From Aeromonas aquatica (GTDB lineage: Bacteria > Pseudomonadota > Gammaproteobacteria > Enterobacterales > Aeromonadaceae), in NCBI RefSeq assembly GCF_000764655.1, contig NZ_JRGL01000101.1:65262-89261 (forward strand): a stretch of DNA of 24,000 nt, read 5' to 3'. The notes under the pieces are model-generated. The model was not told the origin of the DNA and searched no databases. It was given only the letters and a program-made list of their open reading frames with translations. Both the position numbers and the translations under genes were made by a program. Shown piece after piece: positions 15,999 through 24,000 of the stretch. Numbering within the stretch: position 1 is the first letter of the stretch; each line of letters starts with the position of its first letter.

Positions 15999-17636
15999 AT
16001 GTTCAACAACATGTCTATTAGCCAGAAACTGAGCGGTGGATTCGCCGTCTTGGGCGTCCTGATCGTCGCCCTTGCCTGGTTCTCCGTGTCCCAGTTGTCG
16101 GGCCTGTATCGTGACAGCACCGAGATCACCGGCAACCTGATCCCGAGCATGCAGGCCGCCAACCAGATGGAGATCGCCCTGCTGGATGCGCGGCGGGCCG
16201 AGCTGAACATGGTGATAGCGGCGCGGGAAGATCAGCAGGAAATCGCGTTGCACGACAAGACCTACCTGGCGGCCAGGCAGGAGTTCGACGCCGCGGCCCA
16301 GGCCTATGGCGCCATGCCGTTCACCTCGAGGCAGGAAGAGCAGGAGTTCATGGCCCTCAAGGCGGCGGCCAGCCAGTACTTCACCTCCCATGAGCAGCTG
16401 ATGGCGGCCCTGCATAAGGGGGATCTGGAACGGGTCATGTCCCTGCGCAAGGGGGAGACCCTGGTCGCGCTGGAGGCGGTCAGCAAGCAGGCACTGCTGC
16501 TGCGCAGCATCAACGACAACGCCGCCCGTGACATGACCACCACCATCAAGGGGGTGTACGAAGATTCCCGGCTGCTCAACATCCTGGTCGGCTCGATCGC
16601 CGTGCTGTTCGTGGTGGTGGTGGCCTGGCTGCTGACCCGGCTCATCCGCAACCCTGTCATGCTGTTGCTGGCCCAGACCCAGAAGGTCTCGGCGGGGGAT
16701 CTGGCGACCGAGCTGAGCCTGGCCCAGTTCAACTATGATGAGCTGGGGCAGCTGGCCAGGGGCTTTGGCGAGATGCAGGGGCGTCTGCGGGATCTGGTCA
16801 GCGAGGTGTCCGGCTCCGTGGTGCAGCTCAGCTCGGCCGCCGAGGAGATCAGTGTGGTCGCCAGGCAGTCGGCATCCAGCATGAACAACCAGCAACATGA
16901 GCTGAATCAGCTTGCTACCGCCATGAATGAGATGCAGGCCACGGTGCAGGAGGTCTCCCGCAACACCAACGACGCGGCGGGGGCGGCCACCCTGGCCAGC
17001 AGCACGGCCGAGCAGGGCGCCCATACCGTCAACGACTCCATAGTGCGGATCGAGCAGGTCGCGACCGCCATCGAGAGCACGGCCGAGGTGATCCGCCAGC
17101 TCGGCGATGACAGCCGCAACATCGGCATGGTGCTGGAGGTGATCCGCGGCATCGCCGAGCAGACCAACCTGCTGGCCCTGAACGCCGCCATCGAGGCGGC
17201 CCGGGCGGGTGAACAGGGGCGTGGGTTTGCGGTGGTGGCCGATGAGGTGCGTACCCTGGCGAAACGGACCCAGGATTCCACCGCCCAGATCAACACCATC
17301 ATCTCCGAGCTGCAGCAGCGGGCGGAGCAGGCCGGCAGCACCATGGCGCAGAGCCAGGCGCTGATGCAGGCGACCGTCGGCACGGCGCGGGAGGCGGGGG
17401 CCTCCATCACCGAGATCAGCGGCTCGGTCGAGAGCATCTCCCAAATGAACATCCAGATAGCGACGGCGACCGAGGAGCAGGGGGCGGTGAGCGAAGAGCT
17501 CAACCGCAACGTGGTCAACATCAGCCATGCTTCGGAGGAGGTGGTGGCCGGGGCGACCCAGATGGCAAATGCCTGTCAGGATCTCAATCTGCTGGCGACG
17601 CAGTTGCAGGAGATGGTGCGTCGTTTCAGGGTGTGA
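15999..17636 (+). CDS. Methyl-accepting chemotaxis protein
   Basis: The track ORF starts at 15960. I prefer the ATG at 15999 (AAGGA lies 9 nt upstream), and the ATG at 16011 is also possible. TM1 is [16 protein letters not shown], followed by a ~160-aa periplasmic helical domain and TM2. The HAMP region reads [14 protein letters not shown]. The conserved signalling hairpin reads [38 protein letters not shown]. Confidence 0.9.
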   Translation: MFNNMSISQKLSGGFAVLGVLIVALAWFSVSQLSGLYRDSTEITGNLIPSMQAANQMEIALLDARRAELNMVIAAREDQQEIALHDKTYLAARQEFDAAAQAYGAMPFTSRQEEQEFMALKAAASQYFTSHEQLMAALHKGDLERVMSLRKGETLVALEAVSKQALLLRSINDNAARDMTTTIKGVYEDSRLLNILVGSIAVLFVVVVAWLLTRLIRNPVMLLLAQTQKVSAGDLATELSLAQFNYDELGQLARGFGEMQGRLRDLVSEVSGSVVQLSSAAEEISVVARQSASSMNNQQHELNQLATAMNEMQATVQEVSRNTNDAAGAATLASSTAEQGAHTVNDSIVRIEQVATAIESTAEVIRQLGDDSRNIGMVLEVIRGIAEQTNLLALNAAIEAARAGEQGRGFAVVADEVRTLAKRTQDSTAQINTIISELQQRAEQAGSTMAQSQALMQATVGTAREAGASITEISGSVESISQMNIQIATATEEQGAVSEELNRNVVNISHASEEVVAGATQMANACQDLNLLATQLQEMVRRFRV

Positions 17637-17661
17637 GCACCCGCTGACGATGGCCCTTAGC

Positions 17662-17698
17662 ACGGGCCCGGATCTCGTATCCGGGCCCGTTTTGTTTT
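17662..17698 (+). terminator. Rho-independent terminator after the MCP gene
   Basis: ACGGGCCCGGA-TCTCGTA-TCCGGGCCCGT followed by TTTGTTTT. Confidence 0.8.
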
Positions 17699-17799
17699 GC
17701 TGTGCCGGGCCGGCTCTTCCCGTTTGATGCTCATCCCTTGTCCCCCCGCCCGTTCTTGGGCATCCTAATGGCCCCATTGATTGGCCGGATTCTGGATGT

Positions 17800-18696
17800 A
17801 TGAACCTTCGCGATCTCGAGTATTTGGTAGCGCTGGAAGAGGAGAAACACTTTCGCAAGGCGGCGGAGCGCTGCTTCGTCAGTCAGCCGACCCTGAGTGG
17901 CCAGCTGCGCAAGCTGGAAGATGAGCTGGGGGTGATCCTGATCGAGCGCACCTCCCGCAAGGTGCTGTTCACCCCCGCCGGCGACGCCATGGCCCTGCAG
18001 GCCCGCAAGGTGCTCAAGGAGGTGCGCGAGCTGAAAAGCATCGGCCAGCACTTTGCCGAACCCATGTCCGGCGAGATCCACATCGGCTTCATTCCCACCG
18101 TGGGCCCCTATCTCTTGCCCCACATCATTCAGGATCTGCGGGAACATTTCCCCAAGTTGGAGTTCTACCTCTACGAGGAGCAGACCCAGGCGTTGCTCAA
18201 GCGGCTGGAGGAGGGGACCCTGGATTGCATCATACTGGCCGAGCTGGAAGGGATGGAGGGATTTGGCTCTATACCGCTGTATCAGGAGCCCATGTGGCTC
18301 GCCGTGCCTCAGCAGCATCCCGAGGCGCACGCCAAGGCGGTGCCACTGCACAACCTTAAGGGCAAGAAGCTGCTGATGCTGGCCGACGGCCACTGCCTGC
18401 GGGAGCAGGCTCTGGGCTTCTGCTTCGCCGCCGGCATTGGTGAGGATCAGCGTTTCAAGGGCACCAGTCTCGAGACCCTGCGCAACATGGTGGCGGCGGG
18501 CAGTGGCCTGACCCTGATCCCCCGACTTGCCGTGCCGGCCAATCCCGAGGAGGGCGGTGTCAGCTACCGGCCCGTGGTGGATCCGGTGCCGGGCCGCGCC
18601 ATCTCGCTGCTTTACCGCCATTATTCGGTGCGAAGGCCCTGTTTCAATGAGCTGGCCGCTCGCATCTCACTGCTGATGAGACCATTACTGGGATAA
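17800..18696 (+). CDS. oxyR: Hydrogen-peroxide-sensing LysR-family regulator OxyR
   Basis: MNLRDLEYLVALEEEKHFRKAAERCFVSQPTLSGQLRKLEDELGVILIERTSRKVLFT closely tracks E. coli OxyR as I recall it. Both redox cysteines are retained in context (DGHCLREQALGFCF, equivalent to Cys199 and Cys208). Confidence 0.92.
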   Translation: MNLRDLEYLVALEEEKHFRKAAERCFVSQPTLSGQLRKLEDELGVILIERTSRKVLFTPAGDAMALQARKVLKEVRELKSIGQHFAEPMSGEIHIGFIPTVGPYLLPHIIQDLREHFPKLEFYLYEEQTQALLKRLEEGTLDCIILAELEGMEGFGSIPLYQEPMWLAVPQQHPEAHAKAVPLHNLKGKKLLMLADGHCLREQALGFCFAAGIGEDQRFKGTSLETLRNMVAAGSGLTLIPRLAVPANPEEGGVSYRPVVDPVPGRAISLLYRHYSVRRPCFNELAARISLLMRPLLG

Positions 18697-18713
18697 TGCT
18701 CGGCATGCCAAAT

Positions 18714-18745
18714 AAAAAACCGGCGCCAAGGGCGCCGGTTTTTTT
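18714..18745. terminator. Bidirectional rho-independent terminator between the convergent oxyR and mrcA genes
   Basis: AAAAAACCGGCGCC-AAG-GGCGCCGGTTTTTTT. The arms are perfectly complementary and flanked by A and T runs. Confidence 0.85.
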
Positions 18746-18762
18746 ACATGTCGGGGTTCTGC

Positions 18763-21252
18763 TTAGAAGATATCGTCGGTCGAGACGGGACCATCGCTGC
18801 TGGAGCCATCGCCACCGTAGACCTGATTGCCGTCGGAGAGCTGGCTCGCGTAGCGGGTAGGCTCAGTCCCTTCCTTGAAGAACTCCTCGGTGGTGCTGCC
18901 GTCGGTGCGATTGGTCAACAGACCGGTTTCGCGATCGATGCGCACCTGCATGACCCCCTCCGGCACCGGCATCTTGCGCTCCGGTACCTGTTGCAGCGCG
19001 GTCTTCATGAAGTCGATCCAGATGGGCTGAGCGGCGCCGCCACCGAACTCGGCCCGTCCCAGACCACGCTGGTGGTTGTCAAAACCGATCCAGGAGGTGG
19101 CGACCAGATTCGGGGTGTAGCCGGAGAACCAGGCATCCCGCGATTCGTTGGTGGTCCCGGTCTTGCCCGAGATATCGTGACGCTTGAGATCACGGGCCGC
19201 GCGCCAGCCGGTACCACGCCAGCCGTTGCCACCCCAGATGGCGGTGGTCAGGGTGTCGGTCACCAGGAAGGCGCTCTGGGCACTGATGGTCTGCGGTGCC
19301 ATGTTGTTGGGCACCACGGGGTCTATCGGGCACTGAGCCTTCCAGTCGCCAACCGTATTGGCATAAGCATCGGCACTGTCGAGGCCGGCGGCGGCGAGCA
19401 CGCCACAATCGCGGCAGGCGGCGGCCGGATTGGCCTGATACAGCGGCGTGCCGAAGCTGTCGGTCACTTCGGTGATGAAGTAAGGGGTGACCTGGAAGCC
19501 GCCGTTGGCCAGCACCGAGTAACCGCGCACCACTTCCAGCGGGGTGAACTCGGCGGCGCCCAGCGCCAGGGATTCGTTGGCGGAGATATGATCCCGTGCG
19601 AAGCCGAAACGGGTCAGGCCGTCGATGTAGGTATCCAGCCCGATGGCGCGCATCAGCCGCACCGACATCACGTTCTTGGACTTGGCGAGCCCCAGACGCA
19701 GGGTGGTGGGGCCTTCATAGATGGCCGGGGAGTTCTTGGGCTGCCACATGGGGCCCTTGGCGGGATCCCACTGGTTGATCGGCGCATCGTTGATCAGGGA
19801 GGCCAGGGTGTAGCCTTGCTCCAGCGCGGTGGCATAGAGGAAGGGCTTGATGTTGGAGCCGACCTGGCGACGGGCCTGATCGACCCGGTTGAATTTGGAC
19901 AGCTCGAAGCTGAAGCCGCCGACCAGCGCCTCTATGGCCCCGTCCTGCGGGTTCATGGCGACCAGGGCGGCGTTGACGTCGGGGATCTGGGACAGCAGCA
20001 GCTCTTCCCCTTTCTCCCGTACCCAGATCTGGGCGCCGACTTTGAGCACATCCCGCGCCGATTTCGGTGCATAACTCTGGCGATCATCGGTGATGAAGGC
20101 GCGTGCCCACTTGATGCCGTTCCAGCCGAGCTCGGCCTGCTTGCCGTTCTTGAGGGTCAGGGTGGCACTCTTGTCACCCAGCTTGGTGACCACGGCCGCC
20201 ATCAGCGGCTGGTAAGTGGGTTGCTTGGCCAGATGGGCCATGATCTGTTCGTAATCCCAGGCGGGCTCCCCCGCCTTCCACAGCAAGGCGGTCGGGCCGC
20301 GATAGCCATGGCGGGTGTCGTAATCGAATACCCCGTCCAGCAGTGCTTGGTGGGCGGCGCGCTGACGCTTGGCGGTGACGGTGGTGTAGACGTGCAGCCC
20401 CATGGTGTAGGCGTCTTCGCCAAACTGCTCCACCATCTTCTGGCGCACCATCTCGCTCAGGTAAGGGGCATCGAGGGTCGTTTCGGCGCCGTGATAGCGG
20501 GCCTTGATCGGCATCTTGGAGGCTTCATCAAACTGGGCCTGGGTGATCTTGCCGGTCTCCAGCATGCGCCCCAGCACCACGTTGCGGCGCGCAAAGGCGC
20601 GCTCGGGGGAGCGAATGGGGTTGAGCATGGAAGGCGCCTTGGGCAAGCCGGCGATGATGGCAATCTCGTCTAGGGTCAGATCCTTGACCTCCTTGCCAAA
20701 ATAGACCTGCGCGGCGGCGCCGACCCCGAATGCCCGATAGCCGAGCGGGATCTTGTTGAGATAGAGCGTCAGGATCTCGTCCTTGGAGAGATTCTGCTCG
20801 ATGCGCCAGGCCAGGAACACTTCCTTGACCTTGCGCACAATGGTCTTCTCGTTGCTCAGGAAGAAGTTGCGGGCCACCTGCTGGGTGATGGTACTGGCGC
20901 CCTGACGGGCCTGGCCGGAGACGGCCCAGACGGTGGCGGCACGGATGATGCCGATGGGATCGATACCCGGGTGCTCATAGAAACGGGCATCCTCGGTGGC
21001 GAGCACCGCATCGATCATGGGCTGGGGAATCTCGTCCAGCCGCAACGGGATGCGACGAATTTCGCCAAATTGGGAGATCAGTTCCCCATCCCGGCTGTAC
21101 ACCTTCATCGGGGTGGCCAGCTTGACGTCGCGCAGTGCGCTCACATCCGGCAACTGGGGCTTGATGTAGAAATAGATGCCGATGAGGCTGGCAACACCCA
21201 GCGCTGCACCCAGCATCATGACAATAAACAGGCGAACGAGCCATTTCAGCAT
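18763..21252 (-). CDS. mrcA: Penicillin-binding protein 1A (bifunctional glycosyltransferase/transpeptidase)
   Basis: Collinear with E. coli PBP1A as recalled. The GT51 motifs are EDARFYEHPGIDP and GASTITQQVARN. The transpeptidase motifs are SNIKP (SxxK), KNSP (SxN) and KTGTT. The track start at 21285 is a TTG. I prefer the ATG at complement of 21252-21250 (MLKWLVRLFIVMMLGAALG membrane anchor). Confidence 0.92.
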   Translation of the reverse strand: MLKWLVRLFIVMMLGAALGVASLIGIYFYIKPQLPDVSALRDVKLATPMKVYSRDGELISQFGEIRRIPLRLDEIPQPMIDAVLATEDARFYEHPGIDPIGIIRAATVWAVSGQARQGASTITQQVARNFFLSNEKTIVRKVKEVFLAWRIEQNLSKDEILTLYLNKIPLGYRAFGVGAAAQVYFGKEVKDLTLDEIAIIAGLPKAPSMLNPIRSPERAFARRNVVLGRMLETGKITQAQFDEASKMPIKARYHGAETTLDAPYLSEMVRQKMVEQFGEDAYTMGLHVYTTVTAKRQRAAHQALLDGVFDYDTRHGYRGPTALLWKAGEPAWDYEQIMAHLAKQPTYQPLMAAVVTKLGDKSATLTLKNGKQAELGWNGIKWARAFITDDRQSYAPKSARDVLKVGAQIWVREKGEELLLSQIPDVNAALVAMNPQDGAIEALVGGFSFELSKFNRVDQARRQVGSNIKPFLYATALEQGYTLASLINDAPINQWDPAKGPMWQPKNSPAIYEGPTTLRLGLAKSKNVMSVRLMRAIGLDTYIDGLTRFGFARDHISANESLALGAAEFTPLEVVRGYSVLANGGFQVTPYFITEVTDSFGTPLYQANPAAACRDCGVLAAAGLDSADAYANTVGDWKAQCPIDPVVPNNMAPQTISAQSAFLVTDTLTTAIWGGNGWRGTGWRAARDLKRHDISGKTGTTNESRDAWFSGYTPNLVATSWIGFDNHQRGLGRAEFGGGAAQPIWIDFMKTALQQVPERKMPVPEGVMQVRIDRETGLLTNRTDGSTTEEFFKEGTEPTRYASQLSDGNQVYGGDGSSSDGPVSTDDIF

Positions 21253-21449
21253 GGAAGAACTACCAATCGTCTTAAAATTAGCCAACGGGCGCAGAGTATA
21301 GCCTTTTTACCCCCGCAGATTCGAGATTTTCCTGTCCACAGACCCTGACCTCGAGAAGAGGCGCGAGGGTAGCATTCCATGGCGCAATTACCAAGGGGGC
21401 GGCGGCCATGGCCGAAAGGAGAGCCGCGTCAATTTTTGACATAAACTTT

Positions 21450-21477
21450 ATGACATTGATAGATAGAGCATTATATT
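21450..21477 (+). promoter_or_regulatory. Candidate sigma70 promoter for pilMNOP(Q)
   Basis: ATGACA (21450-21455), a 16-nt spacer, then TATATT (21472-21477). Each hexamer matches consensus at 5 of 6 positions. A second TTGACA lies 14 bp upstream at 21436-21441. This is a prediction from sequence only. Confidence 0.35.
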
Positions 21478-21537
21478 GAGGTAAGTCATCACCTCGTGAT
21501 GAGCTGTCCTACAATAAGTCCTAAAACCCAATAACGC

Positions 21538-22611
21538 ATGGATGTGTATATGTTTGGGCTATTCAGCAAAGGATCCCTCCTCTCCTTGGCGGGTATTGAT
21601 TTTGGCAGTCAAACCATCAAGGCCGTCACCCTCAGCGGACGTCCCGGCAAGGTGCATCTCGAATCGGTCGCCGAGATAGCCACGCCCAAGGGCACGTTGG
21701 TCGATTACCAATTGCAGGATATCGAACGGGTCAGCCAATCCCTCAAGTCACTCAAGCGCCTCATTCAGGGGGAGTGCGAGCACGTGGCCACCGCGGTGAC
21801 TGGCTCCAACGTCATCACCAAGGTCATCCAGGTCGATGCCAAGATCAGCGACAGCGAACTGGAGAGTCAAGTCCAGCTGGAAGCGGAGCAAATCATCCCT
21901 TTCCCCCTCGATGAGGTCAGCCTGGATTTCGAGATCCTCGGCATGACGACCGACGAGGCCCGCCAGGAGGTGCTGCTCAGCGCGGCCCGTACCGAAAGCG
22001 TCAGCGGCCGGGTCAGTGCGCTCACCGAGGCGGGCATGATCACCAAGGTGGTGGACGTGGGGGCTCATGCGCTCGGACGCGCTGTGCTGGCCTGTCTGCC
22101 CGAGTTGCAGACAGCGGATAAGCCGATCGGCATCATCGATATCGGTGCCAGTGCCATGACCTTTGCCGCCCTGCTCAGAGGCCAGATCATCTACTCCCGC
22201 TTGCAGAACTTCGGGGGCGATCAATACAGCCAGGCCCTAGCGTCTTTTTACAGCATGAGTCTGGAGGAGGCCGAGCTTGCCAAGATCAAGGGCAACTTGC
22301 CTGCGGATCATGAAGTCGATGTGCTCTCACCCCATCTCAGTTCGCTTGTGCTTCAGGTAAGGCGCAATGTGCAGCTGTTTTGCAGCTCGTCGGGCAACAA
22401 GGAACTATCCAGACTGGTGCTGACAGGAGGTGGCAGCTTGTTGCCGGGCCTGGCTCAGCAGATAGGTCGCGAGCTTAATTGCGATGTCTTGCATCCCGAT
22501 CCCTTCGTGTTGTTTGGCAAACCCAAGGGAGATGGGGGGGAAACTCATGGGGCCAAGTACATGGCTGCGTTGGGTCTGGCACTGCGGAGCTTCACACCAT
22601 GTCAAATATAA
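21538..22611 (+). CDS. pilM: Type IV pilus assembly protein PilM (actin-like ATPase fold)
   Basis: The N-terminus ...MFGLFSKGSLLSLAGIDFGSQTIKAVTL is typical of PilM. Its position is divergent from mrcA and upstream of pilNOP. The start is either ATG 21538 or ATG 21550. Confidence 0.9.
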   Translation: MDVYMFGLFSKGSLLSLAGIDFGSQTIKAVTLSGRPGKVHLESVAEIATPKGTLVDYQLQDIERVSQSLKSLKRLIQGECEHVATAVTGSNVITKVIQVDAKISDSELESQVQLEAEQIIPFPLDEVSLDFEILGMTTDEARQEVLLSAARTESVSGRVSALTEAGMITKVVDVGAHALGRAVLACLPELQTADKPIGIIDIGASAMTFAALLRGQIIYSRLQNFGGDQYSQALASFYSMSLEEAELAKIKGNLPADHEVDVLSPHLSSLVLQVRRNVQLFCSSSGNKELSRLVLTGGGSLLPGLAQQIGRELNCDVLHPDPFVLFGKPKGDGGETHGAKYMAALGLALRSFTPCQI

Positions 22612-23168
22612 ACCTCCTGCCCTGGCGAGTGGCCAGGGCCCAGCACCAGAAGAAGCAGTTTGGCGCCATGATCGGGATTTTTCTGGCGGCGACAGCATCC
22701 TTGGCGTTTGCCATCGACTGGTTGGTGATGCAGCAGATTGGTTATCAGCAACAGCGCAATCAACGGCTGCAACAGGAGATGGCCATACTCGATGCCCAAC
22801 TCGGGGAGATACGGTTGCTCAAGGATCGACGCAAGGAGCTGATCGATCGCATGCAACTCATCGAGCAATTACAGACGCAGCGCAACATACCGGTGCGCCT
22901 GTTCAACCAGTTACCCGTGCTGGTGCCCAACGGGGTCTACCTCAATACCCTTGCACTGCAAAACAACCGGATCGATGTCAACGGCAAGGCCGAAGCCTAT
23001 GGACGGGTTGCCAGCATGATGAGGCGCATCGACAGTTCGGGTTGGCTGGGGCAATCACAAATCAGCACCATCTTCACGGCAGACGTGGCTCCCGTTGCAC
23101 TCAGCCAGTTCTCCATGATGTTCCAGATTGCTGGCACGACCCTGAATGTCGCTAAGGGGCAAGAATGA
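22599..23168 (+). CDS. pilN: Type IV pilus assembly protein PilN
   Basis: An internal ATG within track ORF 22479-23168, overlapping the pilM stop by 13 nt. MSNINLLPWRVARAQHQKKQF is the conserved PilN INLLPWR motif. A single TM segment and a coiled-coil region follow. Confidence 0.9.
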   Translation: MSNINLLPWRVARAQHQKKQFGAMIGIFLAATASLAFAIDWLVMQQIGYQQQRNQRLQQEMAILDAQLGEIRLLKDRRKELIDRMQLIEQLQTQRNIPVRLFNQLPVLVPNGVYLNTLALQNNRIDVNGKAEAYGRVASMMRRIDSSGWLGQSQISTIFTADVAPVALSQFSMMFQIAGTTLNVAKGQE

Positions 23169-23764
23169 ACCTGCAACAGCTCAATGATCTGGATCTCAAT
23201 GACATAGCCCGCTGGCCCAAGGTGGCAAAGGGGGTCTTCATTTTGTTCTGTTGTGCCTTGCTTGGCGGTGCCATCTATTACTACGTGATTGCCAATTCTC
23301 TGACGGCACTGCGCCAGGAGGCGGGTAAAGAGAATGAGTTGAAGGCCCAGTTCGAGAGCAAGGCCATGCTGGCCGCCAATCTGGGAGCATACAAGAAACA
23401 AATGGTGCAGCTTGAACAGTTGGTGGATACCCAGCTCAAGCAGTTGCCCAATACCCATGAAGTGGCGGGGCTGCTGGATGACATCAGCTTCATTGCCACC
23501 GACAACGGTCTCAAACTGAACAGGATCAACTGGGAGGCCGAGATCCAGCACGAGTTTTCAACCGAGCTTCCCATGCGTATCGAGGTGGTGGGTACCTATC
23601 ACGAGCTCGGTAAATTCACGGCCGACATGGCCGCCTTGCCGCGTATCGTGATCCTGGAGTCCTTCCTGCTCAATCAAAGCAAGGAGCAAGGAGAGATGAT
23701 TGGCATGTCCATGCAGGCCAAAACTTACAAATACAACGGTAAAACCGTGGAGCAGAAGCCATGA
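23165..23764 (+). CDS. pilO: Type IV pilus assembly protein PilO
   Basis: ATGA overlap with the pilN stop. 199 aa with an N-terminal TM segment (VFILFCCALLGGAIYYYVI), a coiled-coil region and a C-terminal ferredoxin-like domain. Its position in the pilMNOP order supports the call. Confidence 0.88.
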   Translation: MNLQQLNDLDLNDIARWPKVAKGVFILFCCALLGGAIYYYVIANSLTALRQEAGKENELKAQFESKAMLAANLGAYKKQMVQLEQLVDTQLKQLPNTHEVAGLLDDISFIATDNGLKLNRINWEAEIQHEFSTELPMRIEVVGTYHELGKFTADMAALPRIVILESFLLNQSKEQGEMIGMSMQAKTYKYNGKTVEQKP

Positions 23765-24000
23765 GCATGAGAGTGATCGGCCTCCTCTTGCCGGTGCTGT
23801 TGTTAACGGCTTGTGGCGGACAGGAAGACATGGATGAATATGTGCAGCAAACCAAGGCAAGGCAGCCCATTCCTATCGAGCCTTTGCCGGAAATAAAGCC
23901 ATTTACTCCAATGGCCTATCAGCGAAGTGATCAACGCAGCCCGTTCATTGAGCCTCAGCCAGAGACCAGCTCCAGGATCGATGCCAAGGCCAAACCGGAT
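23761..24000 (+). CDS. pilP: Type IV pilus lipoprotein PilP (5' part; continues past the window)
   Basis: ATGA overlap with the pilO stop. My own translation gives MSMRVIGLLLPVLLLTACGGQEDMDEYVQQTKARQPIPIEPLPEIKPFTPMAYQ..., with a lipobox LLTAC. The frame is open to position 24000. Confidence 0.85.
   Translation, partial: MSMRVIGLLLPVLLLTACGGQEDMDEYVQQTKARQPIPIEPLPEIKPFTPMAYQRSDQRSPFIEPQPETSSRIDAKAKPD

Noticed and set aside
17699-17799. Possible divergent oxyS-like sRNA or a recognisable OxyR autoregulatory box upstream of oxyR
   Set aside because: Only ~100 bp lie between the MCP terminator and the oxyR start. The minus strand has no terminator with a U-run there. I could not identify the ATAG-N7-CTAT repeat pattern by eye.
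15942-17858. 638-aa ORF on the minus strand spanning the whole MCP gene and the oxyR upstream region
   Set aside because: It is antisense to a chemoreceptor gene with unmistakable HAMP and signalling-domain motifs. Its translation is a low-complexity R/G/H/Q/L/P-rich string with no domain features, the usual open antisense frame in high-GC DNA.
18748-20673. 641-aa ORF on the plus strand inside the mrcA region
   Set aside because: It is antisense to PBP1A, which carries all the glycosyltransferase and transpeptidase motifs. The composition (G/A/R/L/V/H-rich, no motifs) is typical of a GC-driven spurious frame.
21538-24000. Lower GC content of pilMNOP (about 53% in a sampled 60-nt line versus about 65% in a sampled mrcA line), considered as a sign of recent horizontal acquisition
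   Set aside because: The mrcA/ponA-pilMNOPQ arrangement is a widely conserved core synteny, and no mobility genes or repeats flank it. Only two 60-nt samples were counted, so this is not a computed profile.
1-24000. Scan for CRISPR arrays, tRNA/rRNA genes, IS elements, integrases, toxin-antitoxin pairs or defence-system hallmarks
   Set aside because: I saw no regularly spaced repeats, no tRNA-like or rRNA-like sequence, and no transposase, integrase, nuclease, helicase or methylase-like ORFs. Every intergenic gap longer than 100 bp is accounted for by divergent promoters or terminators.

Overview
High-GC (roughly 60%) gammaproteobacterial chromosome. Gene content and synteny (oxyR, mrcA/ponA divergent from pilMNOP) look Aeromonas-like, but that is an inference. 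The window holds 19 protein-coding genes, plus one gene fragment. In order: a partial GDPD phosphodiesterase (-), a 1090-aa MscM/YjeP-type mechanosensitive channel (-), a MATE exporter (+) and an M23 peptidase (-). A five-gene chaperone-usher fimbrial operon follows (major subunit, chaperone, usher, second chaperone, two-domain adhesin; +), with a polytopic membrane protein directly behind it. Next are a LysR regulator (-) divergent from a secreted MBL-fold protein (+), a DsbA-like thioredoxin-fold protein (+), a methyl-accepting chemotaxis protein (+), oxyR (+), PBP1A mrcA (-), and pilM-pilN-pilO with the start of pilP (+). Five clean rho-independent terminators are visible. Three of them are perfect bidirectional hairpins shared by convergent gene pairs. 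I found no tRNA, rRNA, CRISPR array, transposase, integrase or recognisable defence genes. I cannot honestly point to a clear undescribed system; most of the window is ordinary core genome. Four items are worth a second look. (1) A fossil second copy of the mscM 3' end lies directly behind the live stop codon and differs only by synonymous changes. (2) The fimbrial operon has two chaperones, an adhesin receptor domain I do not recognise, and an apparently co-transcribed membrane protein. (3) The secreted MBL-fold protein has lost most of its H-x-H-x-D-H metal motif and is paired with a divergent LysR regulator. (4) The mrcA-pilM control region carries small repeat and palindrome structures. 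Many long ORFs in the track are off-frame or antisense artefacts of the high GC content. Several track ORFs also start upstream of the more likely start codon.
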